A DNA stretch of 64,000 nucleotides, from assembly GCA_028534125.1 (NCBI GenBank), contig CM052816.1, forward strand, positions 32,490,001 to 32,554,000. Direction: 5' to 3'. A program made the position numbers and the translations under genes. Below are positions 1-13,941 of this stretch, one piece after another; position 1 is the stretch's first letter, and each line of letters begins with the position of its first letter. Below the pieces are notes generated by a model. It worked only from the letters and a program-made list of their open reading frames with translations. It was not told the origin of the DNA and ran no database searches. The DNA is from Lama glama (lineage: Eukaryota).

Positions 1-142
1 CATTGCCTATGATATTGTACTACAGTTTTACAAGAAGTTACCACTGAGGGAAAATGGATAAAGAAACACAGGATCCCTCCATGTAGCATTTCTTACAACT
101 GCATGTGAATTCTCTCAAAATAAAAAGTTCATTAAAAAAAAA
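1..142 (+). mobile_element. L1 (L1MC-like) 3' end fragment with poly(A)
   Basis: ...tttcttacaactgcatgtgaat...ctcaaaataaaaagtt followed by an A-tail, typical of ancient L1M 3' ends. Confidence 0.7.
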
Positions 143-2599
143 AAGCTACTGGCCCACTGAACACTGACTGTAACATACAGTGAACAGTTGGAAATGACCT
201 TTACGTGTGTTCCAGATTGTTATTTACTGGCCTTTTTTTAGCTCTAACGTTTTATCCATGATTCATGAGCCCCAGCAACCTAAGTAATTTTACTGAATAA
301 AGAAGGACACCCTGTAGCCTAGCGAAGACTAATACTTCCCTGGTTACACTCAACGGAATATTAGCTGTTGAGCCTACAACATACCACAGCCTCAAGTGAC
401 CACTTTCTATGCTGCTACTTGTTTCATTCCCATCTACATGTTTAGAGAAAGATGCTAAAACGCGTAAATGCCCATCCATCCAGTACTACAATCTTTCCAG
501 TCCCATCTTGCAGACTAACATCTTCATTTGAACTGGAAAAAAAAAAAAATCACTACTTCTAATGCCTCATCTTTCATATCACAAACCCAGTTCTCAGGGG
601 AAACTGAAAAGGATATTACTCTACAGTATATTTAGGACCGTAAGAATTTGTGCTCAATTCACATTTGGGGGGGGGGAGTTTCTGAATCCACAATTATTGG
701 GTCCAAAAATAACAACAAGAAAAAAAACAACAGTCACCTTCACTTTTTACTGACAAAGACAGCCCTTAAAATTTCCTCAGACCTAAGAGTCCACGTACCT
801 CCTCGACAGAGAGAAACTTATTTCAACATGGTAAAGTGAAAACCTATCCTGAATGAAAAACTCTCCAGAGAAGGAAAAGCTACAATCCATCCCAATATTT
901 ATCCTGCTATCTCACAACAACCTTCACTTGTCAAGCCATGCTATCTTCTGCATCACATCTTGGTACAAAAAAATGTGTGTTTCCTCTCATGATTGGAGGA
1001 ATTAGTTCCCACACAATGTGAGTCACTCCTAAGAAGGCCAGGTTGTCTGGGTCAGAAAGTACTCAGCATATGATTTATGCACAACGAAGTAGATCCATTT
1101 GAGAGAGAGAGACAAGGAAATTCCACAGGCCATTCCTGCTCCTAAAGCTTGCAATTCCTGACACCTCTCTCAGGGATGCTTTGAAACTGTCTGATCTTGG
1201 TGGTTCAGGTGCATTTTTTTGTACAACACAAAGCCTTTAAACACAAGCCTCCTAGTAGCAGGAGCTGAGTCTGTGACCACACACTGCCACCATCCTGGAG
1301 GTGTGCCCATAACCCAGAGTAAGGGAGGGACAATGCAATGCTCACCAGCCTCATCATGCCTACCTTCTCATCTGTAAAAGGAGGGAGAGATCACACCAAT
1401 AGCCAACTGCACAAAAAGACCATCTACTCTGAGATGAAACCCAACCATTCTGAAAAGCGATGGGCAGCATTTCCCACACTTAGAGAGCCTTTGATCTCAG
1501 TTCACCCAAAGGCACAATACATTGTCCAGCATTTAACAGCAGAGTTGTCAAGTTTACTTCTTAATGGAATCTGTCCAAATCTAGAACCAATCACTTTCAC
1601 CAAAATATGATTAGTTACTGTAATTCTGCAACACCCAGAAGAAGCCATTTGAGCTGCCTTTTGCTGAGAGCCCTGACCCACTAGAATTTGAGATGATTAT
1701 TTTAAGGAAATTAAAAGCCATAGGACTTCTCTATTTTATGATCTTAGGGAGTGACACAAATTTAGAGCCAAAATTGAATCTACTCTCCCAGACTGATCAT
1801 CATCACTTGAAGAAGGGCTATGGAATCAAAAGTGTCCTCTCCCAGGGAGAGCTCAGCCCTGGTCCCAGGAAGCTGGGGCCAGCCTGGAGTAGTTAAAAGG
1901 GTCTCACACCAACATAGAAAGTAGCACAACTCTATGCTACTGAATTCTGAGGAAGAATCAGAGTCAGATTAAGAAATGACTGAAAACAACTACGGATCAG
2001 TAAGAAAATTATCCCAGAGAACGCAAATTTCTATATTTAAATACAGTGTTTCCTCTCTCCCTACTGTTCTTCACCTGTAAAATATTACTTAGTTGTCATA
2101 ACTTCATTCATGATATTTTGTAAAATAATGCTAAAAACTGTAGATAGAAATTGACCACAGCTGCTTACTTTTTCTCATCCGTAATGTTACCTTAAAAATT
2201 CCTTGACCAATAGATGAATTTATGGGAACTTACGAAAAAAAAAAAAAACTTCCCTAATAATTGGCATACACAAATAAGTTCCCAGAGAATAACCTCAAAA
2301 ACAGAAAGAATAAAAAAAGACTCTAGTTTCAGACAGTTTAACATACACAAAGAAGAGTAAGTTAAATAATCTATTACAAAGCACAAGAAAAAGACTGAAA
2401 TGTCCACGATTAATTTTCTGATGCTAGCATAATCTAAGAACCAAAATATTCAGAGAAACCATCTCCCTACACATACAGACACATGCACACACAACTCAGC
2501 CAAAAGGAAAGGAAAATACCTATCTCACTAACCCACGGGACATCGATGTTTTGAAAAACTCCCCCAGACGATCCTGACACTCTGATATGAGAGTCAGTA

Positions 2600-2925
2600 T
2601 AAGTCAACAATCCTTCACAAACCCCTTATCCAAAACTCATGAGACCAGATGTGTTTCAGCTTTAAAAAAAAAAAAAAGAAAGAAAGCTTTCCAGAAAGAC
2701 ACTCTGGGGCATTTCTGCAGCAAAAGTAAATATTATTTATCATTATTATTTATCATTATTGTGATAAATAAAAACTTTAAATTGCCTCCCATCAGACTCA
2801 GGTCTTTTTTCCAAGTATTTTCAAGTCAGGTCAGGTCAATCAAATGAGTTATTAAAAAAAAAGCAAAACTAAGTTTTCAGAACTCTTTGGATTTCAGAGT
2901 TGTGGAGAACAGATTATTGACCTGT
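2600..2925 (+). mobile_element. Non-autonomous TcMar-Tigger-like DNA transposon relic
   Basis: acaaaccccttatccaaaactcatgagaccagatgtgtttcag at the left and gattattgacctgt at the right form degenerate TIRs. A related copy lies in the opposite orientation at ~18.1-18.3 kb. Confidence 0.5.
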
Positions 2926-2944
2926 TACAGAACATTCTGTAAAT

Positions 2945-3135
2945 AATAATGTTAATTACTGATAATTCATCAAATGACTACTCTTGATAATGCACTTGGC
3001 ATACGTTATCTCTAGCTCTTTCTACCACTCTGCAAGGTTTTACAAATGAGATTCAGGGAGATTAAGCGATTTGCCCAAAGCCAGTTACTGAAAGAACCCA
3101 GACCTGAATCAAGATCTGTTCATCCACTATGAACA
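2945..3135 (-). mobile_element. MIR SINE
   Basis: ttttacaaatgag...agattaagcgatttgcccaaagcc...cctgaatcaagatctg core motif. Confidence 0.65.
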
Positions 3136-3699
3136 GGACTTGCACCAAGTCCATCCACTATGCTGTTATATAGTCAGGTTCTTGATTGCAAGCTATAGAA
3201 AGCAACTCTAGCAAACCTAAGGATAGCACCAATTTTCTGAAAGCATACTGATAGCTCACAGAATGGATGGGAAACCTGGAGAACCAAGCTCACAAAATGA
3301 GCACAAGCTAAGAAAGGCCAAGTTGCAGACGCCATGACCAGCATCAAGTCCAGAAATTAGAATGCCGCCATTGACATCTCTGTCTCTAAGGCTGCCGTTA
3401 TCCTGCCATGGCAGAATACACATCACTACTGCTGCTGGGCTCTGGACAACCAGGCACAGCTGTGAAAACTTTCTAACCCATTCATCTCTCTTTGCAAGAT
3501 TCAAAGCCCCAGCACTTTGGTTAAGCTTCAGTCACAAGCCTCATGTATTCATAGTGTGAATAAGGCAATGTGTCCCATTAATTTCACACCAAGAAGGGAA
3601 GTGTCAGGAGTGCCCAAAGTGAAGGAATGTCAGAAGACTGGTTAACCTCTCCCTAAAAGGGGGTAGTAGAAACAGCACAGTCATTCTAAACACAATATT

Positions 3700-4180
3700 T
3701 GTGAATCATATTCTATGGCATACAATAAAGTAGGACTTTTTTCAGAAATAAGATTGTTTTAACACATTTATAATGAGGTAGTTCACATTAACCATATCTA
3801 AATAAAGAAATCAATTGGTGCTTTAAAAAGTATTTCATATTAACACCTATTCTTGATTTTTAAATTCTTATTAAGTTAGGAAGAGAAAGCTCTTTCATTA
3901 AACTGATATTCTTCACCTCAAGTTAATCATATTTGAAAGAGCAAGATGGGGTAGAGTGCACACTTAGCGTGCACAAGGTCCTAGGTTCAATCCCCAGTAA
4001 CTCCAGTTAAATAAATAAAATAAAAGAGCAAGACAAAGGGCATTTCAATCATTAATCACCATTTCTCCACGTCATTCAAAAGTTCTAACCAATGGTGGTC
4101 AGAAGAAAAGGGATACAACTGCCAGAAAGTAGGAAGCAAACCATCATTACTTGGCAGATGATAGGATTGTGCACCTGTAA
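3700..4180 (+). mobile_element. Ancient L1M ORF2 (RT) fragment
   Basis: Degenerate RT-region motifs (aacacctattcttgat, aagacaaaggg...tcaccatt, ggcagatgataggattgt). Interrupted by a SINE. Confidence 0.55.
3947..4022 (+). mobile_element. 5'-truncated tRNA-derived camelid SINE (vic-1 type)
   Basis: ggtagagtgcacacttagcgtgcacaaggtcctaggttcaatccccagta (B box), (TAAA)n tail, 11-bp TSD aaagagcaaga at 3936-3946 and 4023-4033. Confidence 0.88.
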
Positions 4181-4799
4181 CAAGGATAATGATTGCAACC
4201 CAGAGTAGAGGCTGAAACCTGCCCTTGGATGAATGTTGTGTGTGAGTCAAGTGTTTGGCTGTTCTTGGGGAAATTCTAACCTGGTAGAATCATTCAAATG
4301 CAGCTATTCAGACTTGATGTTACATATTCCATTTTATAATGCAGGAGTGTCTCTTCAAGAATAATTATGACATCTTTTGAGTGTGTGGATTTCTTTTGAG
4401 TGTATAAAATGTGGTTGATGCCCAGGGATTCAAATAAAGAGGAAAAGAAAGTGGGCTCTCACCTGCAGCTAAAATAGTGTATAGGAAGCAGGTGTGCCTG
4501 ATACACAGTTGTCAAATTTCCTTACCTGCTTTCTAATTCTTATAGGTTATTCTCAATAAAAATATATATATATTTTATATATATACTCTCTATATATACA
4601 TACATGTTGTCCTGAATAAAAAAATATTTTAAAAAGAGCTACAATCAACCCAGACTTGAACAGAAGTAGCCAAGTGTCCATGCTTTGGACAAAGATGTGC
4701 AAAAGCATGACAAAGGCGTTTGAAGAAACTAGAAGTGACCATTGGAGAAGCTGGAAAGAAAAGCCTAGAGCAAGAGCTTATAAATGCCAATCAAGACAC

Positions 4800-5845
4800 G
4801 TCCATCTCCAGGACCTGACAGTTTTCTTGGTGAATTCTACCAAACATTTAAATAAGATTTAATGGCAATTCTTCTCAAATTCATCCAAAATATTGAAAGG
4901 AGGGAACACCTGAAAACTCATTTTATAAGGCCAGAATTACTCTCATACAAAAGCAAGATAATTACACTACAAAAAAGGAAAACTTTAGATCAAATCCCCG
5001 GTGAATATCAGTGCAAAAATTCTCAAGTAAATACTATCAAACAGAATGTAACAGCACAAAGAGGATTATTCACCATGATCAAATGGGATTTATCCCTGGG
5101 ATGCAAAGATAGTTCAACATGCTCAAATGATGTGATACACACTAATAGATAAAAATCATATGATCATCTCTATAGATGCAGAAAAAGCATTTGACAAAAT
5201 ACAACATCCTTTTATGATAAAGATTCTGTACAAATTGGGTAAAGAAGAAACATACTGTAATATAATAAAGGCAATACAGAGTAAGTCCATACCTAACATG
5301 ATACACAATGGGGAAAGGTTGAAAGCATTTCCTCTAAAATCAAAAACAAGACAACAGTGCCCACATACAGGCACATGAAATGCAGCCAAAGGAGCCAAGA
5401 ATATGTAATAGGGAAAGGACAGTCTTTTCAATAAATGGTGCTGGGAAAACTGGACAGCCATATGCAAAACAATCAAATTTATCTACTCTCTCACATCACA
5501 AAAAAAAATTAATTCAAAGTGAAATGAACATTTGAATGTAAGGCCTGAAACCACAGAACTCCTAGAAGAAAACATAGGTGACATGCTCCTTGATAATCAC
5601 TCTAGGCTATGTTTTTTTTTGCCTTGAATTTGACGCCAAAAGCAAAGGCAACAAAAGCAAAAACAAACAAGCAGGATCACATCAAACTAAAGGCTTTTGC
5701 ACAGGAAAAAAGCCGTCAACAAAATGGAAAGGCAACCTACCAACCAGGAGAAAATATCTGTAAGTCATATCTGGGGTTAATATCCAAAATACATAAAGAA
5801 CTCATACAACTCAATGGCAAAATAATCATCCGATTAAAATACAGA
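4800..5845 (+). mobile_element. L1 ORF2 fragment (RT region joined to C-terminal region by an internal deletion)
   Basis: ORF 5160-5378 reads [21 protein letters not shown]...[12 protein letters not shown], an L1 RT segment. Downstream aaatggtgctgggaaaactgg and DHIKLKAF are also L1 ORF2. Many frameshifts. Confidence 0.92.
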
Positions 5846-8800
5846 CACTGTTGTGAAATGGAATGTCAGTAAAATGCCCGTGTAGAACCTGAGAACCTCC
5901 AACCATAGCCAAATTTCTGCCACAAATAAACATGGATTTTTCCTTCTTATGGAAGCAGATGGAAGTGAAAGGGATGTACTTACTGGATATCAAACTAAAG
6001 AAGAATTACAGTAACCTGTCATAAACCCTGACTGAAGCATCTTTATTTACATTTTTTTTAAAGGCAGAAGAAAAGTGCTGATGAGACTTTGCCTGAGTTT
6101 GGAGACATTTTGGTACGAGCAATAAATAAACTTTTCCCTAGGCCTCAGTATATGCTGGGGGAAAGAATACAAATAACAAACTCAACCATTTCCTAGGGTA
6201 GTATCTCTGAAATTGCCTCTGTGGTCAGTCTTGATCATTCCATGACTTCATGACCCCTCAATATACTGAAGCTTCCCACCTTCAGCACATATGATCCCAG
6301 AATAAGGTTTCATCTTTATCTTTTATAAAGAGTTGGTGAAGCCCTTGTCAGCAGAGGCCACCTTCCTCTAAACCCTGCCAGGTACTCCCTCCACAGCCCA
6401 CAGCTTGAGAATGTGAGCTGTCCCAGCCAACGGGACCTGCAGAAGAGGCATTCTGATGGGACTGTGATGCTTCTGGGGAAAATGCTCCTCTGTCATGAAA
6501 AAAGACATACCTCTATCAGTCAGGACTGCCGGAATAAACATGGTGGACTCAACTTGAGTAATTTGGGAATGTCTAATAAGGGTATTGTAGAGTATGAGTA
6601 TGGTATAGAAAAAACATTATACAGAGTATAGAATCCCAGAGTTGGTAATAAGCTGGTATCCACCCCAGACAACCATAAGAAAAAGGCCAAGAAACTCAGA
6701 GAAAAGCCAATCCAGAGCCCCGTACTGTTGACCTTGAACCAATCCTAAACTGCCAACCTCCAGACTTGTTATTTTGGGAGAAAAATAAAACCCATTACCT
6801 AAAACCAAAACACCATCAATTAAAAAAAAATCCATTGACCAGTCTCTGACTTTTTAGTCACTGAAATTATCTCCTTACTAAGATTAAAAGAATTAAAATT
6901 ATAGTCTAAGTGACAGAGGGGAGGCAGTCACAAATCCAAAAGATGTTCAGAGAGACTCCACTGGATCAAAGGAAACAAAACTCAATAGAGGGAAACAAAA
7001 ATGTAATATCCGACCACACCAATAAATTTTTAAGACATGAATTTGTATTTCTTGAATCTTCAAATTCTATACATCACTCAGAGATGAGGTTACAGTCTCA
7101 CAAGCTCCTGGTGGGTGTTCATATTGGTAGAATTTCTGACAATAATGTGGGCAACATGTACTGATTTCTTTGTGAGTAGAACATTACTCCTTTCTCCCTC
7201 TAAGCTTTACTGTCTCTGAAATAGTTAAAGTTGTGAACTCACTGTTAGCCAAATAATTAACTTTTTAATATGGCTTAATTAGTCTTTTCAATTACACTTA
7301 TTTCTAGCTACTTTAATACAGAATTCAACCCTAGTGCTTTATATTTTTAAAAGGCAGAATGGAATGAAGCAATGCCTTGCATCCTCTCAGCTGTTAGACA
7401 TGACTTTATCAAGCATAGCTGTTTGCACTAAGACCTAACCAAAGACACTATCACTCACGAAAGGGCATCATCTGTTAAATCCTGCAAACATACAGTGAAG
7501 AAATCAACAGCCCCTCAAGTACCAGCCTCATAAACCTAGCCCATAAAATTGCTCAAGCCTTACATAAAATATGGTTACAGCAAATTACTCCTGTCTGATC
7601 CTAAATTATTTCCGATGGGACATCAAACCTTCAGTAATAGATTTTATCAGTTTAAAAACTAATAATGTTGATTTTGTTAGATTTTAAAAGGTCTACATAC
7701 CCACAATTGTTATTGTAAGGAAGGCAGAGACTTCCTAGATTGTCTATACAGCCGAATATTGATTTAAAAGGATGCTCAGGGAATGGGGTTTTCTGGGTAA
7801 TTGAATTCTCCAGGTCATTTTAATCCAATAAATGATGGCTGAATTTAATTGTCAGGCTCTGATCTGTGAAAAATGTAAGAGACTGGACTGAGCACTAACT
7901 TCAAAACACAATGCAGAAGTAAAGTTTTAAAATAAATCTCTGATATCAGCTTTCTTTTTAATCCCATATTTAGGATTATAAATATAGGACACATTTCAAA
8001 AGTAAGGCTACTGATTCCAGTTACTTTGATTGGACAGTAAAGGAAGATACTACAGACACGACACTGGAAGACTAACTGGATGGAGAGGCTCAGTGGGAAC
8101 AGAAAGTGATTCTCCTGCAAGAAAGCAGAAGTAACTCAGTTTAAGAGACAACAGACAAACACTGCCAGTAGATCCTTTTCCCTTCCCCAACCCACTCGAC
8201 ATCAGCGTCACCATTGACAGAGCCTACCAGTGGATCCCTGCTTAAGCTAAAAAGATTATGAAGAGAAAAAACAAAACAAAAACAAAAACACTAAAAAGAG
8301 TGAATTGTTGTCTGGATACCTTCAGTGTGTGTCCACCTGGAAGGCCGAGATCTGCCCCAAAAGACTTCAGCCTTATATCTGATATGACAACAAAACCCTG
8401 GAGAAGGGAACTCCCTTCCCACTGGGACTAACTACAGCATAAAAGCGCTGACTTGCGACGACTGAGCCATCCAGACACAGAGAAGGGCAGGAACCCTGGC
8501 AGGAAGGCCTGAAGGCTGATTGCCCTTCAGCTCTGTCAGCAAGTGCCCCAAAGGGCTGATCTAGGGTCCTGCACTGCTCAGGATGAAGTCCTCAGAATCT
8601 GCCTGATAACTCTGCTCAGAAAGGTCCCTAGGCTGATTCTCATGGCTGCAGACTTGGCCAGATCCAGATTCAACTAGGGATTAAGGTAGCTGCATGAACT
8701 CCTGGTACCTGATGCTGACCATACCCGACACAGGGGCCTCGTTGGGCCACCCAGACCACCATTCCAACAGGACACCCCAGCTTTTATCAGGGCTCCAAAG

Positions 8801-9669
8801 CTGTCCCACTGCTTTAAGTATCTCAAAGATAAAGAACCATCACTAAAACATGTCAGATTTTGCCTGAAATGGACTAAATTAATAGAGTTTCTTACCAAGT
8901 GGCTATATTTTAAAGAAATTGTGTTAAATAATTTGCAAATTTTTCTCTGAGTTGCCAAATAATATTTACATTTATCACAAAGTCCTCCAAACTGTAGACT
9001 GGGAAACTTTCTACATTTGCAAATACATATGATCTATAAATGGGATTTTATATGAAATAGTTCTGCAGACTGTAGGTTTTCTTAGAATGCTAAGGCATAT
9101 TACACAATCACATTAAAGAGAAAAATGAGAAATTCAGATTAACCTAAGTTATTCAGAATTCATGAAGTACATTCTTAATGTTCTACCTCTTCTACATTAG
9201 AAAGAAATGTAAAAGCTGCCCACTCAATTTTTAACAACAACAACAATAAAGGAAAAAGAAAGTAAACCATTTCAACCGTCTATCAGCACATGAGGCCTGG
9301 CAGAGATGTTTTAAATACCAAACCCAAGAGTTCCTCTCCAGGGGCTCTGCCACAGAGGAGACTTAGAAATTCAAGTTGTTTCAGCAGAAATTCACAGATC
9401 ATTAAATTAATTCAAAATCAAACAGGGCAGCAAACTGACAACTTACCCTTACTGTACCTGGTTACAGCCTGTGAATTTTCACCAAAATAAATCTTCCTTC
9501 CCACCATTAAAAGGGTAAGCAGTTGATGGTCACAGTTTAAAAGTGCAGGGCAGGGCTCATGCTGGAGTCAAGCCTTAAATACACAGATTTAAGGGAGGTG
9601 AAGGGTAGAGGAGGAGCCTGGAAGAGCTAACTCTGGAAACGGATCACTGGACCTACCTGGCTTGGTTCC

Positions 9670-9830
9670 TGGCTCTCAGATCTTGGGATGCAACTGAATC
9701 ACCAGGGGGAGGTTTTTTAACTTTATCCAAGCTCAGATCCCACCCAGACCACTTGAATCCGAACCTCTGGTTGTTTTCAAAGCCCCCACAAGTGACTGTA
9801 TTGTGCAATCAGGGGTCAGCCCCACTGGCC
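9670..9830. mobile_element. MER5-family hAT-Charlie relic
   Basis: gaatcaccagggg...cccacccagacc...gaatccgaacctctgg...aagcccccacaagtgac pattern. Confidence 0.55.
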
Positions 9831-12114
9831 TAACAAGGAGAGGGAAAGAGAATGGGAAGATAGGGTTGGGAAAAGATGACATGTGTTCGAAAAACCTCAA
9901 GGCCACAGGCTGCCCTGACACAAGATGCAGCTCCGTGCCAACTGGGCAGCAGAAGGCTCTCTCAAAGGCCTGGCCCAGCCTTTGCATCCACCTGGTCCAT
10001 TCCTGTAAGATATGTCTACTCTGAGCTCTTCTCTCCCTTTGCTTCGCTGCTCTACTGTTATGTGCAGAACCACAGTTTCGAATATGGGACCCCAGAAAAC
10101 AGAGCAAGACTGCAGAAACACTGTGGGAGAGGGGTCTGCTGAGCAGCTGAGCAGCGGTTTCCAGGCTCATTACTCTCCCCTTTTAGCCCCCTGCTACGAA
10201 TTCTCAAACGTAAACATACACTTAAGAGTAAATTATTGGTTTGGGGGCCACTGAAGCACTTGCTTCCTAAATTAATTTAATGAGCTGTGAACTTATGCTA
10301 AAGTAACTTCTCATCCCAGAAGAGAACTGCTAGACATGAAAAAAAAAAACAAATGTATGGGGCTTAGCAGGAGGTTCAGAGCACAGGAGGCGGGTAGGGG
10401 GTGGTAGAAATAAAGTACGATCATTTAAAAAGCAAAATGCTAACATTTTCTAATATGAGAAACTGACTTCATTCAAAATTATTTCCCTGCATGGGGATAG
10501 ATTTATATGGCATTTTTAATAAGCTGGGTGGTTCTGGTTCATGGTCTCTGATGGGGTTGTAGTCAGAATACCAGTCAAGGCTACAATCAACTGAAGGCCG
10601 GACTGGGGCTAACAGACCAGATTCCAAAATGGCTCACTCACCAGGTCATTGGTAAGAGATTTTCTTTTAAAGCTATATTTAATATTTATTTATTTATTTA
10701 ATAAACTACTCATAGATGATCTAAAACCAGAAACCATCTTTATCAAGACAAAATAATCCTCACATATTATACACACATCTTTTGTTTAAAAAACATATAT
10801 AGTGTCTCTCAAACGCCACCTGTGTGTTCTTAGTGCTACATTTGGTGTTCTTAAGGACACCAACTGCATGTAAAGTGAATGGTAGATGCAATACCAATTT
10901 AAATTTAGAGGAAAGAAATTGTTACCAAAATGAAGTAGTCTGAAACATTAAAAAAAAAACAAAAACAAAAAATTTAAATATCCAATGAACATGAAAAAAT
11001 ACCCAAAAGTAACCAAAAAAACCTAAAAACTTCACATTTTCCTTATCAAACTGACAAGGATATTTTATACACTAATATTCCATGCTCATGAAACTCTAGG
11101 AGTATAAAATTAAATAATAATGATAATAATAATAGCAGCCAGGATGCATTGTCAGTTAATCTTCAGAACTATCCTATAAGGAACGTATGAAAGAAATGAA
11201 GGGACGTGGACTAAGTAAACTCTAAGTAAACATGGCTGGCAAGCAGCAGATCCAGGACTAACCACAGCTTTCCTAACTCAATAACCAAAGCATTAATTAT
11301 TATCCTACAGTGCAGCCTACCTAGAAAATGTCTGGCCCTATGAAACAAGAGCCTCAAAAGTCTCCAAGCATTTGGATCCAGAAATCTCCCTTCTAGAGTG
11401 ACTCCTGCCAGAGACAATCATAAACTAAGCCACTAAGCTGAGGAATGCACACGGTGTGTTCGTATTAATGGTGTATAAAACAAACCGTCCAGAGCAGAAT
11501 ATTTAGACAGAACAGGATCATACAGCTTTCAAGATAGAGGTGGTTTTAGAGATTACTTAGTCCAACCTATTCACTGTACAGGGATAATTATTCAATATGA
11601 AAAAAAAATCTAACTTTTTTCCCCAATGTTGGGAGACACAGGGAGAATCTTTTTACTAAAAATGGCCCTTCCTTACTTTTTCCTAGGACTGCCCGATTTC
11701 TACACTCAGGAGTTTAATGGGAGGGAAAGTCTGTCAGCCTCTATAATAAACAGCCCCATAATAAATGCACTTTAGAACTTGGGTTTTCTTTCTTTCGTTT
11801 CTGGTCCTCCCAGGAGGCCTGTCTTTGCTACAGATTCAGAAATTACAACTAACCTGTATGACTGTTCACAAAATCAGACTGATGATTTGAATTCATAGGC
11901 TCTGAATAAAATGTACATTGGTGTTAAAACACAGGTTCAAAGTGGCTCACCCACTGCCTCAGAGACCTTTTCCCCTTGCTGTTAGGATGTTTTCTGGAAG
12001 GAAGAAGCTACTGAGAGCCTATTCTTTAAAAAGGCCAGCAGAGTCAGGGGGCAGGAGTTGACAACATATCTTGATTAGAGCCAGAAGAGAAATGAGTTTA
12101 GCCCATGTTCAAAA

Positions 12115-12470
12115 GAGGTGTTTGTTCAATAAGTATTTTCTGTGAGCCCACAGTATGCCAGATATGGAGGAGACCTTAGTGGACACATCCTAGAAAAATT
12201 CCTGCCTTCATGAAGCATATATTCTAGTGGAGAAGACAAGCAACAAAATAAATTATACATTATGGTCGGCATGACGAAGAAAAATTAAGAAGGGGCTTAA
12301 GAAAAGTGTGTGCAGAGGGTTCAAGTAAGGTTTCAGAAAGGAGATAATTGAGCAGAGACCTGAAGGGGTGAGGGTCAGCCAGGCAGGATTCTGGGTAAAA
12401 GCATTTTTGGCAGAAGAAACAGCAGGAGCTAAGGCCCCAAGGCAGAAATAGGCTGCATACATGAGAAACA
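12115..12470 (-). mobile_element. L2 LINE 3' fragment
   Basis: ttcaataagtattt...tatgccag...cctgccttcatgaagcatatattctagtgg...gagcagagacctgaagg...aaggccccaaggcagaaa. Confidence 0.75.
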
Positions 12471-13199
12471 AATAGACTTTACTCCTGACAACTTCAAGAC
12501 TCTTGGGCTCTAGAACTCAGAGTAGTGAAGATTAATTATTTCACTGTCTTTTAAGAATTTTCTTAAAAAATAAACTCTAAAGCCTTTCATGTTAAAGAAG
12601 CCATCCAAAAACCCAAAACACTGTGTTTGAGGGCATATTTCTCTAGAAAATACACATCCATTTATGAGGACAACTAAGTAAAAACTGCTATGACTTTGAT
12701 CTCAGGGAGATCACATTTGACAAGACACCAGCTGAATTATAATTAGACAAACCAGTCACCCCAGGGAGTGAGCTTTAGTATGAAGGTGGGATTCCAGAGG
12801 CAGACCAATATACAGGTGAGAGGAGGGAAGCAAGAAATCAACAGAAATGGAATCATGAATGCATCTTCCTCCCACTTCCCCCACCAGATATTCCCATCCT
12901 CACTCAAATCAAACATTCCAAGCCACCCATTTTCCATCAATATTCCTCTCCATACACCCTCCCTCACTCAGGATGGTAACATATCGCCAGCTCTCTCATT
13001 AATCACCCTGACTGCACTCCAGCCCCACTGGGTTCTTTCTGTTTCTACTTCGAGGCTGTTCCCTCTGCCTACAACTTCTATCTCCCCATCAATCACACTC
13101 ACCCCAACTATGACTCCCTCAGGGAAGTGTCCGTCCCATTCCATCAGAGTCCCTGTTGGACACTCCCATGTTACCAACACTGCCTCCCCACCCCTGTGC

Positions 13200-13340
13200 G
13201 CTCACACACCTGCTCTCCTGCTAAGCTATAAGCTACATGCTGGTACAGACTGTGTGAGTTGGCTTCACCACTGCATCTGGGGCCCGGCCCAATACCTGAC
13301 ACCTGGAAGGTTCTCCAAACATATCTGTTCTTTGAATGAC
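13200..13340 (+). mobile_element. L2 LINE 3' end
   Basis: ctataagctacatg...ggcttcaccactgcatct...cctgacacctggaaggttctccaaacatatctgtt...tgaatga. Confidence 0.6.
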
Positions 13341-13941
13341 TGTCCACACATCCTTACTATCTTTTTTTTTTTTGCAACTCTATATTTCACAGTGGAATCT
13401 CAGCTCTCATCACCTCACCACTAACTGCTTTCCCAGATTCCAGGCGCCTCTTGCCCCAATCCAGTCTGTAGTTGTTACCTGCCAGCCCATCTTCCTAAAA
13501 CACTGCCAGAACTCTCCTTTGCTTTGACTTTTATCACACACTAGGTCCTAACTCCTTGTTACGGTTTTCAAGTCCTTCCCTTATTGAATAACTCCAGCTG
13601 GATGCAATCTGATTTCCCCCTATGCTTCCAGGTTCAGCCAGCATCCTCACTGTCTCAGGAGTTCCACTGGACAGCCCCTCATTTTCCGTATATCTAAAAC
13701 CCATTTATCCTTAAAAGTCGAATTCAAGACACACTTCTCGAGAAGGCCCCCCTATGCCTCACACTTCAATACCATACTTCTGGTCCTAGGATAGATTTAA
13801 CTCTTCTCTTATAATTTCATGTGTGTGCATTTTGTATTCCCCACAAGAGACTGACCAGCATCAAAAAGAAGGAAAAGGTATTAACATTTACTGAACACCA
13901 CTTGGTATCAGACATTTCATGAGGTATAAAATATTCAGGTG

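Noticed and set aside
10808..10830. CTCF-like motif (cgccacctgtgtg); similar partial matches at ~9700 and ~33070
   Set aside because: Each has mismatches in the CCASYAG half of the core; not supportable without a PWM scan or ChIP data.
12768..13424. 218-aa Ser/Pro/Thr-rich ORF
   Set aside because: GTG start, C/T-rich low-complexity sequence overlapping L2 remnants, and no protein-like features.
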